A program made the translations under genes and the position numbers. A model generated the notes under the pieces. It had not been told where the DNA came from. It was given only the letters and a program-made list of their open reading frames with translations, and made no database searches. This document shows positions 29,543 to 39,588 of a DNA stretch of 64,000 bases, one piece after another. Each line of letters starts with the position of its first letter. The first letter of the stretch is position 1. The stretch is from assembly GCA_965261595.1 (NCBI GenBank), contig CBDHDG010000004.1:704001-768000 (forward strand), given 5' to 3'. The DNA is from a bacterium (GTDB taxonomy: Bacteria; UBA8248; JACPRG01; G963555815).

Positions 29543-30991
29543 CTACCTGCCTACAAACGAATTGGTGTGCGGGGGCTGACCCGGGTTCACATTCCCCTTG
29601 CGATGCAGCTTCAAGGCCCTCGCCTGAATCTTCTCCAGCCCCTGTTCCACCGTTTGCCGGCCGGCGGCGGCCTCGGTGATCTGGATGGTGATCTCCTCCC
29701 GAAGCTGGATGTAATTCGAGAACCCGGGGTCGATCCAGCCGTGCTTCATGGAGATCAAGGCCGGCCCGTAGACCGGGTGCCCCTTGACAAACGGAATCTC
29801 CAGGGAGGATTTCCGCACGAGGAGTCCGTGTCCCGGCCCTTCGATCCACTTCTTCTGGATTCTCTTTGAGGCAAGCCACTGATGAAGAGATAGGACGCCG
29901 CCCGGTTCTTGCTGTACTTGCTGATCACCAGCGGCTCGGCCTCTCCGAAGCCGCCCGGGGGCATGTCCGCCTTCCGGGAGGGCAGCGGCGCAAAGCTGTA
30001 TTCCCCGTCGGCCTTGGAAAACTTGGGGTCGTCGAAAACGAAGGCGAAGGGCACGCTCCACTGAATGGCCTGGGCGATGTTTCTCTTCGTCATCAGGACG
30101 AACAGGTCGATGAAGCCGGCCTCGGTGACGCCGGGAGGCGCAAATTTTCGCAGGCCCAGCCACCAATTCGTGGCGTCGGCGATCGCCCTCGTTGTGAACG
30201 TGGGTCTACCTTCCTTGTCGAAAACCGACGCACCCCAACCCTTCAAGATGTTGAACCACTCCCACGACAGAGAGGGCTCCCGTTTGCCCACCACGCCGAC
30301 GCCGTAGAAATTGGTCTTCAGGACTTTGCCCGCCAGCTTCTCGCCCTTTTTCCGGGTGAGGAACTCGGCGATGTCCCGGTACTGCTTGAATGTTCTGGCC
30401 GGGCCCAGGTCGTAGCCGTACCTCTTCTTGAAGGCGGCCCGCTCCCCGGAGTGATTCATGAGGTCTTTGCGGAACCAGTAGACCATCTGGTAGTTGAACG
30501 TCGGAAGACAGGTCCGTTTTCCGCCGTTGAAAAGGCAGTAATCATCCCACAGGGGCTGGAGGAAATCGTCCGGATCCAGGTCCGGGTCCCGGAGCTTCGG
30601 GTCGTTCATGTACTTGTTGATCCATTCTACGTGCCCGTTGCCCACCCAGTCCTCGGCGCGGTTGTGGTGCATCATCACCAGGTCGAAGTAGCCGGTCCGC
30701 GAGTAAAGGTCGGCGTCTCCCTTCGCGTCCCACTCCGAGTGGGTGAATTTCTCCACCTTCACCTTGATCCCCGTTCGGGGCGTAAAGTCGTTCTTGATGA
30801 GCGGAAAAATGCCCCCCACAACGGGGACGAACGCTCACGCCCACCTTGAGGGTCGCCCCCCGGTAGGGTTTGGCCGCCTCTTCCAGGGTCCATCCCCAAG
30901 AAGGACCGGCCAGGACCAGCCCCAGAAAGGCCGTCAAACCCCAAACGACAAAATATCGCATGATTCGAAACGTCCTCTCTTGCCCCTTCAT
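29543..30991 (-). pseudogene. Frameshifted sugar ABC substrate-binding protein, paralog of 33943-35373
   Basis: Homology is spread over three frames: +1 insertion near 30836 and -1 deletion near 29880. Confidence 0.8.
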
Positions 30992-31091
30992 CCTCACTCC
31001 CTCCTCGATGAGCTGAGCTCCGCGGCACCTCAAACGCGGCGGGCGCTCAAGGGGGAACGCCGTTCCCGATCCTTCGACCGCTGAACAGGTC

Positions 31092-32033
31092 TTACGACGG
31101 CAGAACCGCCTTGTCCAACATGGCGTGGATGCCTTTGTTGCCGTCCACAAGCTGGGTGACCCGAAGGTCCGCCGCAAGGCTGCAAAGGGTGTAGGCGTCC
31201 TCGGGCGACAGCCCGGCGACTTCGCCCACGAGGGCGATCATCTCCCGCAGGGCCTGCTTGGCCGCGTCGTCCAGATCCTCGTTCATCCCCATCGTGATGT
31301 AGTGGGTGGGCGATTCAGCGCGCGGGAATTTCAGGGAAAGGTCTTTGCGGACGACGAGATCGAACGTCCCCGACAGGCTTGCCTCGATGGCCGTCAGGCA
31401 GACTTCCCCGTCCCCCTGAACGGCGTGGCCGTCCCCCGCCGAGAACAGGGCCCCCTCGTTCCAGACGGGCAGGTACAGGGTCGTCCCCGCCACAAGCTCC
31501 TTGTTGTCCATGTTCCCCCCGAACTCCCTGGGCGTATTCGAGGGGATCCGGCCGTAGACGGACGGCGGCGCGACGCCCATGATTCCGAAAAAGGGGCTGA
31601 GGGGAATCGAGCCTCCCCAGGGGGGACGGGCGGTCATGGCCTTGCGATCGAGGGGGATGTGGACCCGCCGGACCAGCGGGAAATCCTCGGGCAGCGTTCC
31701 CAGGAGGGGCAGGATGAGATTCCAGCCCCAGTCCTCCCGCAACGCGCAGTCGAGAATTCGGACCTCAAGGGTGTCGCCCGGCTCGGCGCCGTTAACCCAA
31801 ACGGGTCCCGTCATGAAGTGGGGGCCGATCCCGCGATCGGCCTTGGCATGAATCTCCAGGAGCTCCGGAAGGACGTCGAACCCCTCGGGCGGCAGGTCGT
31901 CGGGCTCAGCCGTGACGGCGTGAATCGTGACCCGGTCGCCCGAATCCACCTTAAGGGCCGGGGGCAACGACGCGTCAAAATATCCCCAGTGAACCGTTTC
32001 CGGCGAAGCGTGAAGCTCGTGTTGAGCGGCCAT
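31092..32033 (-). CDS. Acetamidase/formamidase family protein
   Basis: VHWGYFD, HFMTGPV, PREFGGNMDNKEL, GDGHAVQGDGEV. Confidence 0.92.
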   Translation of the reverse strand: MAAQHELHASPETVHWGYFDASLPPALKVDSGDRVTIHAVTAEPDDLPPEGFDVLPELLEIHAKADRGIGPHFMTGPVWVNGAEPGDTLEVRILDCALREDWGWNLILPLLGTLPEDFPLVRRVHIPLDRKAMTARPPWGGSIPLSPFFGIMGVAPPSVYGRIPSNTPREFGGNMDNKELVAGTTLYLPVWNEGALFSAGDGHAVQGDGEVCLTAIEASLSGTFDLVVRKDLSLKFPRAESPTHYITMGMNEDLDDAAKQALREMIALVGEVAGLSPEDAYTLCSLAADLRVTQLVDGNKGIHAMLDKAVLPS

Positions 32034-32042
32034 GGCTCCCTC

Positions 32043-32903
32043 CTATCCTTTGACGGCCCCCATCGTCAGTCCACGGACAATATGCTTTTGGACGCAGAAG
32101 ATCAGGACCAGAATCGGGAGGATGACAACGGACCCGATGGCGGCGATCACCCCCCATTCCACACCACGCTGGTTGATCAGGGAGGGGATCACGACCGGAA
32201 GGGTCTTCACGTCGCCTCCTCCCAGGATCAGGGCGTAGAGAAACTCGTTCCACGAGAAGATAAAACAGAAGATGGCGGCCGAAATGATCCCCGAGCGGGC
32301 CAGGGGCAGGGTCACCCGCGTGAAGGCCTGCCACCGGGTGTAGCCATCGATCATCGAGCTTTCTTCCAGTTCGATAGGGACGTCTTTGAAAAAACCGCGG
32401 AGGACCCAGATGTAAAAGGACAGGTTGAACGTCAGGTGAGCCAGGATGATGACGGTGTACGTGTTCAGAAGCCGCAGGTTCGAGAACATCAGGTAGAAAG
32501 GGATGGCCAGGGAGATGGCCGGGGCCATCCGGGTGGACAGGATGTACATGAAGATGTCGTCGCTGCGCCAGATCCGGAACCGGGCGAAGCTGTACGCCGC
32601 CGGGGTCCCGATGACAATGACCAGCAGGGTGGTGGAGACAGACACGATGATCGAATTGAGGAAGTTCGCGCCGAATCCCTTCTCGGTGAAGGCGTCCCAA
32701 TAATGGTCCGTGATGGGCGTGAAGACCCAGACCGTGGGCGTGGAGTACATGATGTTGTCCGGCTTCACACTGCTGACGAGCATCCAGATGTAGGGGAAGA
32801 GCGAGTTCGCGACCACCAGACAGATCAGCACGCCCAGCACCCAGTTCTGGATCCGGCTCGATCCGCCCGACAAGCCCGATGAACTTCCGACCGTCTGCGC
32901 CAA
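32043..32903 (-). CDS. Carbohydrate ABC transporter permease (MalG-like)
   Basis: EESSMIDG EAA loop, FSWNEF. Confidence 0.92.
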   Translation of the reverse strand: MAQTVGSSSGLSGGSSRIQNWVLGVLICLVVANSLFPYIWMLVSSVKPDNIMYSTPTVWVFTPITDHYWDAFTEKGFGANFLNSIIVSVSTTLLVIVIGTPAAYSFARFRIWRSDDIFMYILSTRMAPAISLAIPFYLMFSNLRLLNTYTVIILAHLTFNLSFYIWVLRGFFKDVPIELEESSMIDGYTRWQAFTRVTLPLARSGIISAAIFCFIFSWNEFLYALILGGGDVKTLPVVIPSLINQRGVEWGVIAAIGSVVILPILVLIFCVQKHIVRGLTMGAVKG

Positions 32904-32918
32904 GGAACAACCCCCTTC

Positions 32919-33848
32919 TTAGAACACCTTGTACCGCTTCTGCAAGATGGTGAACAGGATTCCGAAAACGATGAAGAAGAGCAGGAAGACGACCACCGCG
33001 AGCGCGGCGCTTTCCCCCAGCTTCCAGTATTCGAAATTAAACCGGTACGCGAAGAGCGAAATAGATTCCGTCGAGACGCCCGGCCCTCCCTTCGTGAGAA
33101 TGTAGATCGTGTCGAAGATCTTGAAGGCGTCGATGAGGCGGATGAGCAGCATCACCAGGATGAACGGGCTCAGCATCGGCAGGGTGAGGTGCCGGAAGAT
33201 CTGCCACGCCGACGCCCCGTCCACCGCCGCCGCCTCATACGGCCTTTGCGGCAGCCCCCCGAGGCCGGCCAGAAACACCAGGAACATGAAAGGCGTCCAC
33301 TCCCACACGTCGATGCCGATGATGGCCGTCAACGCCCACCCCGCCCCGCCGAAAATGGACGTCTCTGTAAAGAGACCAATCCTGTGAAAGATGTTGTAGG
33401 TCAAGAACCCCCAGGGGGTGGCTAGCAAGATCTTCCACATGACGGCGATGGCGATGGGCGCCAGGACCGTCGGGATGATCGTCACCGTAACTGCCAGCCG
33501 CTTCAAGGGAAAGTTGCGATTGAACAGGTACGCGATCCCAAAACCCAGAACGAGTTCAATCGGCACGGAGGTAAGGACAATGAATGCCGTCGTCTTGAGC
33601 GAGGTCAGGAAAACCGGCTCGGAGAACAGGTTCCTATAATTTTCGAAACCTGCGAACTCTCCTGCGGTTCCGAACTTACGGAAATCGATCTTCCGAAAAC
33701 TGAGGATGATCATGTACACAAAGGGGTACATCCCAACCAGGAGCAGCGCAAGAAGGCTCGGGGAAAGAAGGGCATACGGATAGACCCCGCGTTTGAAGCG
33801 CGTCATCCTTCCGTTTATCGGATTCAAGGGTTCAACCTCACCTGCCAT
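32919..33848 (-). CDS. Sugar ABC transporter permease (MalF-like)
   Basis: DVWEWTPF, YEAAAVDGA, TKGGPG. Confidence 0.92.
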   Translation of the reverse strand: MAGEVEPLNPINGRMTRFKRGVYPYALLSPSLLALLLVGMYPFVYMIILSFRKIDFRKFGTAGEFAGFENYRNLFSEPVFLTSLKTTAFIVLTSVPIELVLGFGIAYLFNRNFPLKRLAVTVTIIPTVLAPIAIAVMWKILLATPWGFLTYNIFHRIGLFTETSIFGGAGWALTAIIGIDVWEWTPFMFLVFLAGLGGLPQRPYEAAAVDGASAWQIFRHLTLPMLSPFILVMLLIRLIDAFKIFDTIYILTKGGPGVSTESISLFAYRFNFEYWKLGESAALAVVVFLLFFIVFGILFTILQKRYKVF

Positions 33849-33871
33849 TCAAGCCGCCTTGTCGTGGTGAA

Positions 33872-33908
33872 GCGGGAGAGAAGGAGGCGATAACTCCCTC
33901 TCTCCCGC
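33872..33908 (-). terminator. Intercistronic stem-loop after the binding-protein gene
   Basis: GCGGGAGAGAAGGAG ... CTCCCTCTCTCCCGC. Confidence 0.55.
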
Positions 33909-33942
33909 CTATGTTCAGCCTTTAACCGGAAAACACCTACGC

Positions 33943-35373
33943 CTACCGGTGAAACTGGTTGACGCTCGGCTGGCCCGGATTGATTGGCCCTTTGGGGTGT
34001 AGCTTCAAGGCCTTTTCCTGAAGCGCTTTCATCGCCTGCTCAACGGTTTTCTGCCCGGCCGCCGCCTGGGTAATCTGGATGATGATCTCTTCACGAACCT
34101 GAGCGTAATTCGAATAACCGGCGTCAAACCAGCCGTTCTTCATGGAGACGATTGTCGGCGCGAAGACCGGATGTTTCTTGACAAACGGAAGCTCCAGGCT
34201 GGACTTCCGCACCGGCAGACCGCTCCCCGGTCCCTCGATCCATTTCTTCTGGGTTTCCTTGGAAGACATCCACTGCACAAACAAATAGGCCGCCTTCGGG
34301 TTCTTGCTATACTTGCTGATCACCATCGGCTCTCCCTCGCCCCAACCGCTGGGCGGGATGCCGATCTCCCGGACGGGCATGGTGTCGTAGGTGTACGCAC
34401 CAACGGCCTTAGATATTTTTGGGATGTTGATCGCGAAAGCGAAATCAATCCAGTTCAGGGACTGGGCAATGTTGCCCTTTAGCATCAGGACAAACAAGTC
34501 GATAAACCCGGCCTCCGAGACACCGGGCGGCGCGAACGGGCGCAGGCCCAGCCACCACTTCGTAGCATCGATGACCGCTTGTTGATCGAAGTTAGGTCGC
34601 CCATTCTTTTCATAAAGCTTGATGCCCCAGCCGTTGAGAATGTTGTACCATTCCCACGAGAGGGACATCTCCCGCTTGCCCACTAGGCCAACGCCATAGT
34701 GGTTGACTTTGAGAACCTTGCCGGCAATCTTCTGTCCCTTCTTCCGGGTGAAAAACTCGGCGATATCCCGGAACTGCTTGTACGTTTTGGCCGGACCCAA
34801 ATCGTAACCGTATTTGCTCTTGAACGCAGCCTTCTCCGCCGGGTGACCAAACCAGTCTTGCCGGTACCAGTAGATCATCTGGAAGTTGTACGTCGGGAAG
34901 CAAGCCAGCTTCCCCCCCTCGAACAGGCAGTTGTCATCCCAAAGGGGTTGGAGGAAATCGTCCGGATCCAGGTTGGGGTCGCGGAGTTTCGGATCATTCA
35001 TGTACTTGTTAATCCACCGGACGTGGCCGTTGACTGCCCAGTCTTCTGCGCGGCTGTGATGCATCTGAAGCAGGTCGAAGTGTCCGGTCCGAGAGTAGAG
35101 ATCGGCGTCTCCCTTGGCGTCCCATTCCCCGTGGGTGTATTTTTCGACCTTGACTTTGATGCCTGTCCGCTTTGAGAAGTTCTTGATCAGTGGAAGGTAC
35201 CCTTCGATGACAGGGACCATGGCGATCCCCACCCGCAAGGTCGAGCCCTTGTAGGGCTTGGCCGCCTCCTCCAGGGACCAACTCCAGGCCGAACCGCTCA
35301 AGGCCAGCACCGAGAGTGCCGCGACCCCGAAACGCCCGACGCGCTTCCACCACCACGCCGTTTTCATTTTCAT
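33943..35373 (-). CDS. Sugar ABC transporter substrate-binding protein
   Basis: Signal peptide, EAAKPYKG, FKSKYGYDLGPAKT, AAYLFVQW. Confidence 0.9.
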   Translation of the reverse strand: MKMKTAWWWKRVGRFGVAALSVLALSGSAWSWSLEEAAKPYKGSTLRVGIAMVPVIEGYLPLIKNFSKRTGIKVKVEKYTHGEWDAKGDADLYSRTGHFDLLQMHHSRAEDWAVNGHVRWINKYMNDPKLRDPNLDPDDFLQPLWDDNCLFEGGKLACFPTYNFQMIYWYRQDWFGHPAEKAAFKSKYGYDLGPAKTYKQFRDIAEFFTRKKGQKIAGKVLKVNHYGVGLVGKREMSLSWEWYNILNGWGIKLYEKNGRPNFDQQAVIDATKWWLGLRPFAPPGVSEAGFIDLFVLMLKGNIAQSLNWIDFAFAINIPKISKAVGAYTYDTMPVREIGIPPSGWGEGEPMVISKYSKNPKAAYLFVQWMSSKETQKKWIEGPGSGLPVRKSSLELPFVKKHPVFAPTIVSMKNGWFDAGYSNYAQVREEIIIQITQAAAGQKTVEQAMKALQEKALKLHPKGPINPGQPSVNQFHR

Positions 35374-35421
35374 GCTAACTCCCTCCATCCAAGTATTCTT
35401 CCGAAGCCCGCTCGAAAAAGA

Positions 35422-36522
35422 TCAGGCCCCCAACGATTCCCCCGAACGGGGGTTGAAGAAATGGTAACGGTCCGGATTGGGGACCAGCCAGGCGCGGGCG
35501 CCCGATTCGGGACGGACCTCTTTGCCCGTCTTGACCTTCAACGCATCCTCGCCCGTCCCGACGGTGACCACGCCGTATTGTCCAAGCGGTTCGTGCACGA
35601 CCACCTCCGTCTCCAGGGACGGACCCGGCGGGGGACTAAAATGAATGGCGACGTCGCTCGGCCGGAGCCCGACGGAAACCCGGCCATCGCCATTCAACCT
35701 CCCGAGCGGGCCGGAGACTCCGGGGCCGACCGGCAGGGAGGCGCCTCCGATCCTCAGCCCCCAATCGCCCCCATCGTGAGAAACGTCCGCCTCGATGATG
35801 TTCATGGGCGGATCGCCCAGAGAGCGGGCGACGTACTCATTCCTCGGGCGCTCGTAAAGGTCCGCCGGCGTTCCGGCCTGTTCCAGGACGCCTTGGTTGA
35901 ACACGGCAATCCGGTCGGCGACGGACACGGCCTCCAACTGGTCGGGCGTCGTCCAGAGCGTCGTGGCCCCGCGGCCCCTTTGCAAGTGTTTCAACCCGCC
36001 CCGGAGATGGTGTCTCAGCTTGGCGTCCAGGTGCGCGATGGGCTCGTCCAGCAAATGGACCGAGGCGTCGCGCACGAGGGCGCGTCCCAGGGCGACGCGC
36101 TGCCGCTGCCCCCCGGAAAGCTGGCGGGGAAGGCGATCGAGCAGTTGGCCGATCTCCAGCAAATCGGCCATGTCCCGCACACGGCGGCCGATTTCCTCTT
36201 CGGAAACCTTTTTGGCCACCCGAAAGGAGAAGGCCATGTTGTCGAAAACCGTCCGTTGCGGGTACAGGGCGTAGCTTTCGAACGCCATCGAAACACCTCT
36301 GGCGCGCGCCGGCAAGTCGTTGACGACGGCTCCGTCGATCCGGAGCTCCCCTTCGTCGGCGATCTCGAGCCCGGCGAGAAGCCGCATCAGGGTGGTCTTG
36401 CCCGCCCCTGAATGGCCGAGCACGACCGTCAACTCGCCCGACTCACACGTCAGGCTGAGCTCCTTCAGGGCCTCGACGCGGTCGAACCGTTTCGAGACAC
36501 GATGGAAAACAATGGCGCCCAT
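35422..36522 (-). CDS. ABC transporter ATP-binding protein (MalK-like)
   Basis: GHSGAGKT, LSGGQRQR, LLDEP. Confidence 0.92.
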   Translation of the reverse strand: MGAIVFHRVSKRFDRVEALKELSLTCESGELTVVLGHSGAGKTTLMRLLAGLEIADEGELRIDGAVVNDLPARARGVSMAFESYALYPQRTVFDNMAFSFRVAKKVSEEEIGRRVRDMADLLEIGQLLDRLPRQLSGGQRQRVALGRALVRDASVHLLDEPIAHLDAKLRHHLRGGLKHLQRGRGATTLWTTPDQLEAVSVADRIAVFNQGVLEQAGTPADLYERPRNEYVARSLGDPPMNIIEADVSHDGGDWGLRIGGASLPVGPGVSGPLGRLNGDGRVSVGLRPSDVAIHFSPPPGPSLETEVVVHEPLGQYGVVTVGTGEDALKVKTGKEVRPESGARAWLVPNPDRYHFFNPRSGESLGA

Positions 36523-36530
36523 AGAAGGTT

Positions 36531-37637
36531 TCAGGCCCTTTCAGGCTTTTCTACGAAGTTGACGCCCGTCTCGGAATCGAACACGTGGAGGTGCTCTTCC
36601 GGAAACGACAATCCGACGGTTTCGCTCTCGCGGAGGCCGAGATTCCCCTCCGATTCCGACAGGAGACGCTGGTCCCCCATCCGGATGGAAGCGACGGCGG
36701 AGTCCCCGCGGGGCTCGAGCGAATAAACCTCCCCCCGCGCTCCCCCCCCCCCATCCGAAGACGACCCGCCGACGAACAGGCTCGCGGGCCGGATGCCCAC
36801 TGTCAGGCCCGCGCCCGGCCGGGCCGAGATCCTTTCCAGAATCCGTCCCGAAACGGGAATCTCGAAGCCCGGCCCCCTCAAACGGCGGCCCGCCGGATCC
36901 GCCTCGCAAGGGAGAAAATTCATCGGAGGCTCCCCGATGAAGCCCGCGACGAACAGGTTGGCGGGATGGTCGAACAGATCCTCCGGAGGACCCCATTGCT
37001 GGAGGACCCCCAGATTCATCACGGCTACACGGTCCGCGAGGGCCATGGCCTCGATTTGGTCGTGGGTCACGTACACCGTGCTGACGCCGAGGTTTCTTTG
37101 AAGCCGCTTCAGCTCCCCGCGGAGCTCGATCTTGTGTGCGCTGTCCAGATGGGAGATGGGCTCATCCATCAACAGCACCCGGGGATCCCGGACAATGGCC
37201 CGCCCGATCGAGATCCGCTGCTGGGCACCGCCGCTCAGGCGCTGAACGTTCTCATCCCGGAGACTTTGAAGCCCAAGCATGTCCAAGGCCCGCCCCACCC
37301 GCCGCTGGATTTCGGCGGACTCGACCTTTCGGATCTTCAGGGGAAAGGCGATGTTGTGGTAAACGGACATGTGGGGATAAAGGGCGTAATCCTCGAACAC
37401 CATCGCGATGTCCCGGTCTTTGGGGGAAAGGTCGTTGACCCGCTGCTCTCCGATGAACAGGTCCCCTTCGGAGATGGCTTCCAGACCGGCCAGCATTCTC
37501 AGGCTGGACGTCTTCCCGCACCCCGAGGGTCCCAACAGGGCCAAGAACTCGCCGTCCTCGCACGTGAGGTTGAGGTCCTTGACCGCTTCCACCGGGCCAT
37601 AACGCTTCCAGATGTGTTCAAAGCGGATGGTGGCCAT
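36531..37637 (-). CDS. ABC transporter ATP-binding protein (MalK-like)
   Basis: GPSGCGKT, LSGGAQQR, LMDEP, VTHDQ. Confidence 0.93.
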   Translation of the reverse strand: MATIRFEHIWKRYGPVEAVKDLNLTCEDGEFLALLGPSGCGKTSSLRMLAGLEAISEGDLFIGEQRVNDLSPKDRDIAMVFEDYALYPHMSVYHNIAFPLKIRKVESAEIQRRVGRALDMLGLQSLRDENVQRLSGGAQQRISIGRAIVRDPRVLLMDEPISHLDSAHKIELRGELKRLQRNLGVSTVYVTHDQIEAMALADRVAVMNLGVLQQWGPPEDLFDHPANLFVAGFIGEPPMNFLPCEADPAGRRLRGPGFEIPVSGRILERISARPGAGLTVGIRPASLFVGGSSSDGGGGARGEVYSLEPRGDSAVASIRMGDQRLLSESEGNLGLRESETVGLSFPEEHLHVFDSETGVNFVEKPERA

Positions 37638-37925
37638 TCCAAATCCGGACTTACACGCGTTCCGAGTTGCATCACTGTGGATATCGTCCTCAGGACACGG
37701 GCACCCAACAGGTTCAACCCCTGGTTGATTCTCTCAAAAAGATAACGCACTTTAATGGAAACGGGCTGTCCATGCAACCGGACCGGAAAAAATACAGCCT
37801 GTTCGGATCTCCGGCCTGATTCCGGCCGGCGGCCGGTTGATTTCGGCCGAGGGAAGCCTTACCGTTGCAGGCCGGAAAAGGGACCGCGCCGACTAAGCGA
37901 GCAGGGTTCACGGGAGACGATACGG

Positions 37926-38666
37926 ATGGTGGACGGCAACGGCGAAAAAAACTACGTCCTGGTGCACGGCTCCTGCCACGGCGCTTTCTGCTGGGAAGAG
38001 GTCATCGCCCACATGGAGAGGCAGGGAAAGCGGGCTTACGCCCTGGACCTGCCGGGGCACGGGGAGCGGATTCCCGAGCGTCCCAACGTCCGGTACGACG
38101 ATTATCCCAACGCCGTGGTCGAATTCATCGAGGGGCGGGATTTGAACCATGTCGTCCTGGTCGGTCACAGCATGGCGGGGATCATCATCCCCAAGACCGC
38201 TGAAAGGGTCACGCGCCGTCTGGCGCATCTGGTGTTTCTCTCAGCCTTTATTTTGGAGGACGGCGAATCGCTCGTGGACAACTGCCCCGAGGAGCAGCAG
38301 GGGCTGTTCGGTGACCTGGCCGCGGCCAGTCCGGACAACACGGTGATGTTCCCGGAGGACGTCTTCCTGGGATTTTTCGCGAACGGGATGGATATGGAAA
38401 AAGCGAAGGCGGCATACAAAAAGCTCACGCCGACGCCCTATCATCCCTATGTCCAGAAGGTGGATCTAAAGAAGTTCTACGCGCTGGAGCTGCCCATGTC
38501 CTACATCTTCTGCAAACAGGACAAGGCCCTGCCCGACGGCTGGTGGCATCCCAAAATGTCGAGCCGGCTGAAAAACCACACCTACGCCGAAATCGACACC
38601 TGCCACGAGGTCATGTTCTCCGAGCCGGAGGCGTGCGCGGAGGAGATCATCCGGATGGCGGGGTGA
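37926..38666 (+). CDS. Alpha/beta hydrolase (esterase-like)
   Basis: VLVHGSCHG, DLPGHG, GHSMAG nucleophile elbow. Confidence 0.9.
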   Translation: MVDGNGEKNYVLVHGSCHGAFCWEEVIAHMERQGKRAYALDLPGHGERIPERPNVRYDDYPNAVVEFIEGRDLNHVVLVGHSMAGIIIPKTAERVTRRLAHLVFLSAFILEDGESLVDNCPEEQQGLFGDLAAASPDNTVMFPEDVFLGFFANGMDMEKAKAAYKKLTPTPYHPYVQKVDLKKFYALELPMSYIFCKQDKALPDGWWHPKMSSRLKNHTYAEIDTCHEVMFSEPEACAEEIIRMAG

Positions 38667-38688
38667 GGGGGGCGGTGCACCGATCCCG

Positions 38689-39513
38689 TTACTTCGAAAC
38701 TCCCTTGAGAAATTCCGTCACCAGCTTGGCGCACTCCTCCGGGGCCTCGACCATTGTCGTGTGGGACAGGCCGGGCATGAGGACCAGCGTGGCGTTTTGG
38801 ATCCCCGCCGCGATGCCGCGCGTCCCTACGCCGCTGGGACCGGGGTCCACGGGCGTCATGATGTCCGCGTCCCCCGTGTAAACGAGCGTGGGGGCGGTGA
38901 TCTTCCCCAGGTCTTCGATCAGGTCCATCTCGCTCATGGCCTGGCAGGCGCGTTTGAAAATTTCCACGTCGTTGTTCTTCTCCAGGATCGACCGGATGAA
39001 CTCCACGGTTTCCGGCCCCTCGGAGCTGTCGAGGTGCTTGTACGAGCAGGCCTGAACGGCGCAAAGCGAGGCCAGGGCCAGCGAGCCCATTCCCTCCCGC
39101 TCGGCGATCGAGGCGTGGGTGCGGAAGTTGATCTTCGAGGCGTAGTCGAACTTGGCCATCGCGCAGTTGAGGACAAGGCCGAGAATGCGGTCCGGATACT
39201 TCGCCCCAAATTTGATGGCGATCATCCCTCCCATTGATGTCCCGTTGATGTGGGCCTTTTCGATCCCCAGGTGGTCCAGGAGCCCCACGGCGTCGTCCGC
39301 CCAAACTTCCATGTCGTATTTCTGGATGGGCCGCTCAGAAAGTCCGTAGCCCCGCATGTCGTACCAGATGATCTGAAAGTCCTTCTCCCAATACGGGACG
39401 ATCGGCGCAAAGTTGTCGTGGCCGAACCCGGAGCCGTGGATGGTCAACATCGGCTCCCCCTCCCCGAAAACCTCGTACCAGATTTTTGCTCCGTTGATCG
39501 TGGCTTCAGACAT
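38689..39513 (-). CDS. Alpha/beta hydrolase
   Basis: YDMRGYGLS, GTSMGG, GDADIMTP, SH. Confidence 0.9.
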   Translation of the reverse strand: MSEATINGAKIWYEVFGEGEPMLTIHGSGFGHDNFAPIVPYWEKDFQIIWYDMRGYGLSERPIQKYDMEVWADDAVGLLDHLGIEKAHINGTSMGGMIAIKFGAKYPDRILGLVLNCAMAKFDYASKINFRTHASIAEREGMGSLALASLCAVQACSYKHLDSSEGPETVEFIRSILEKNNDVEIFKRACQAMSEMDLIEDLGKITAPTLVYTGDADIMTPVDPGPSGVGTRGIAAGIQNATLVLMPGLSHTTMVEAPEECAKLVTEFLKGVSK

Positions 39514-39588
39514 GCAAACTCCTCCCGCTGAATTTGATGCCGGCGCGGTCCATCAGAAGAGGCCGGTCCCGCCGTCAGGGGCGCGCCC

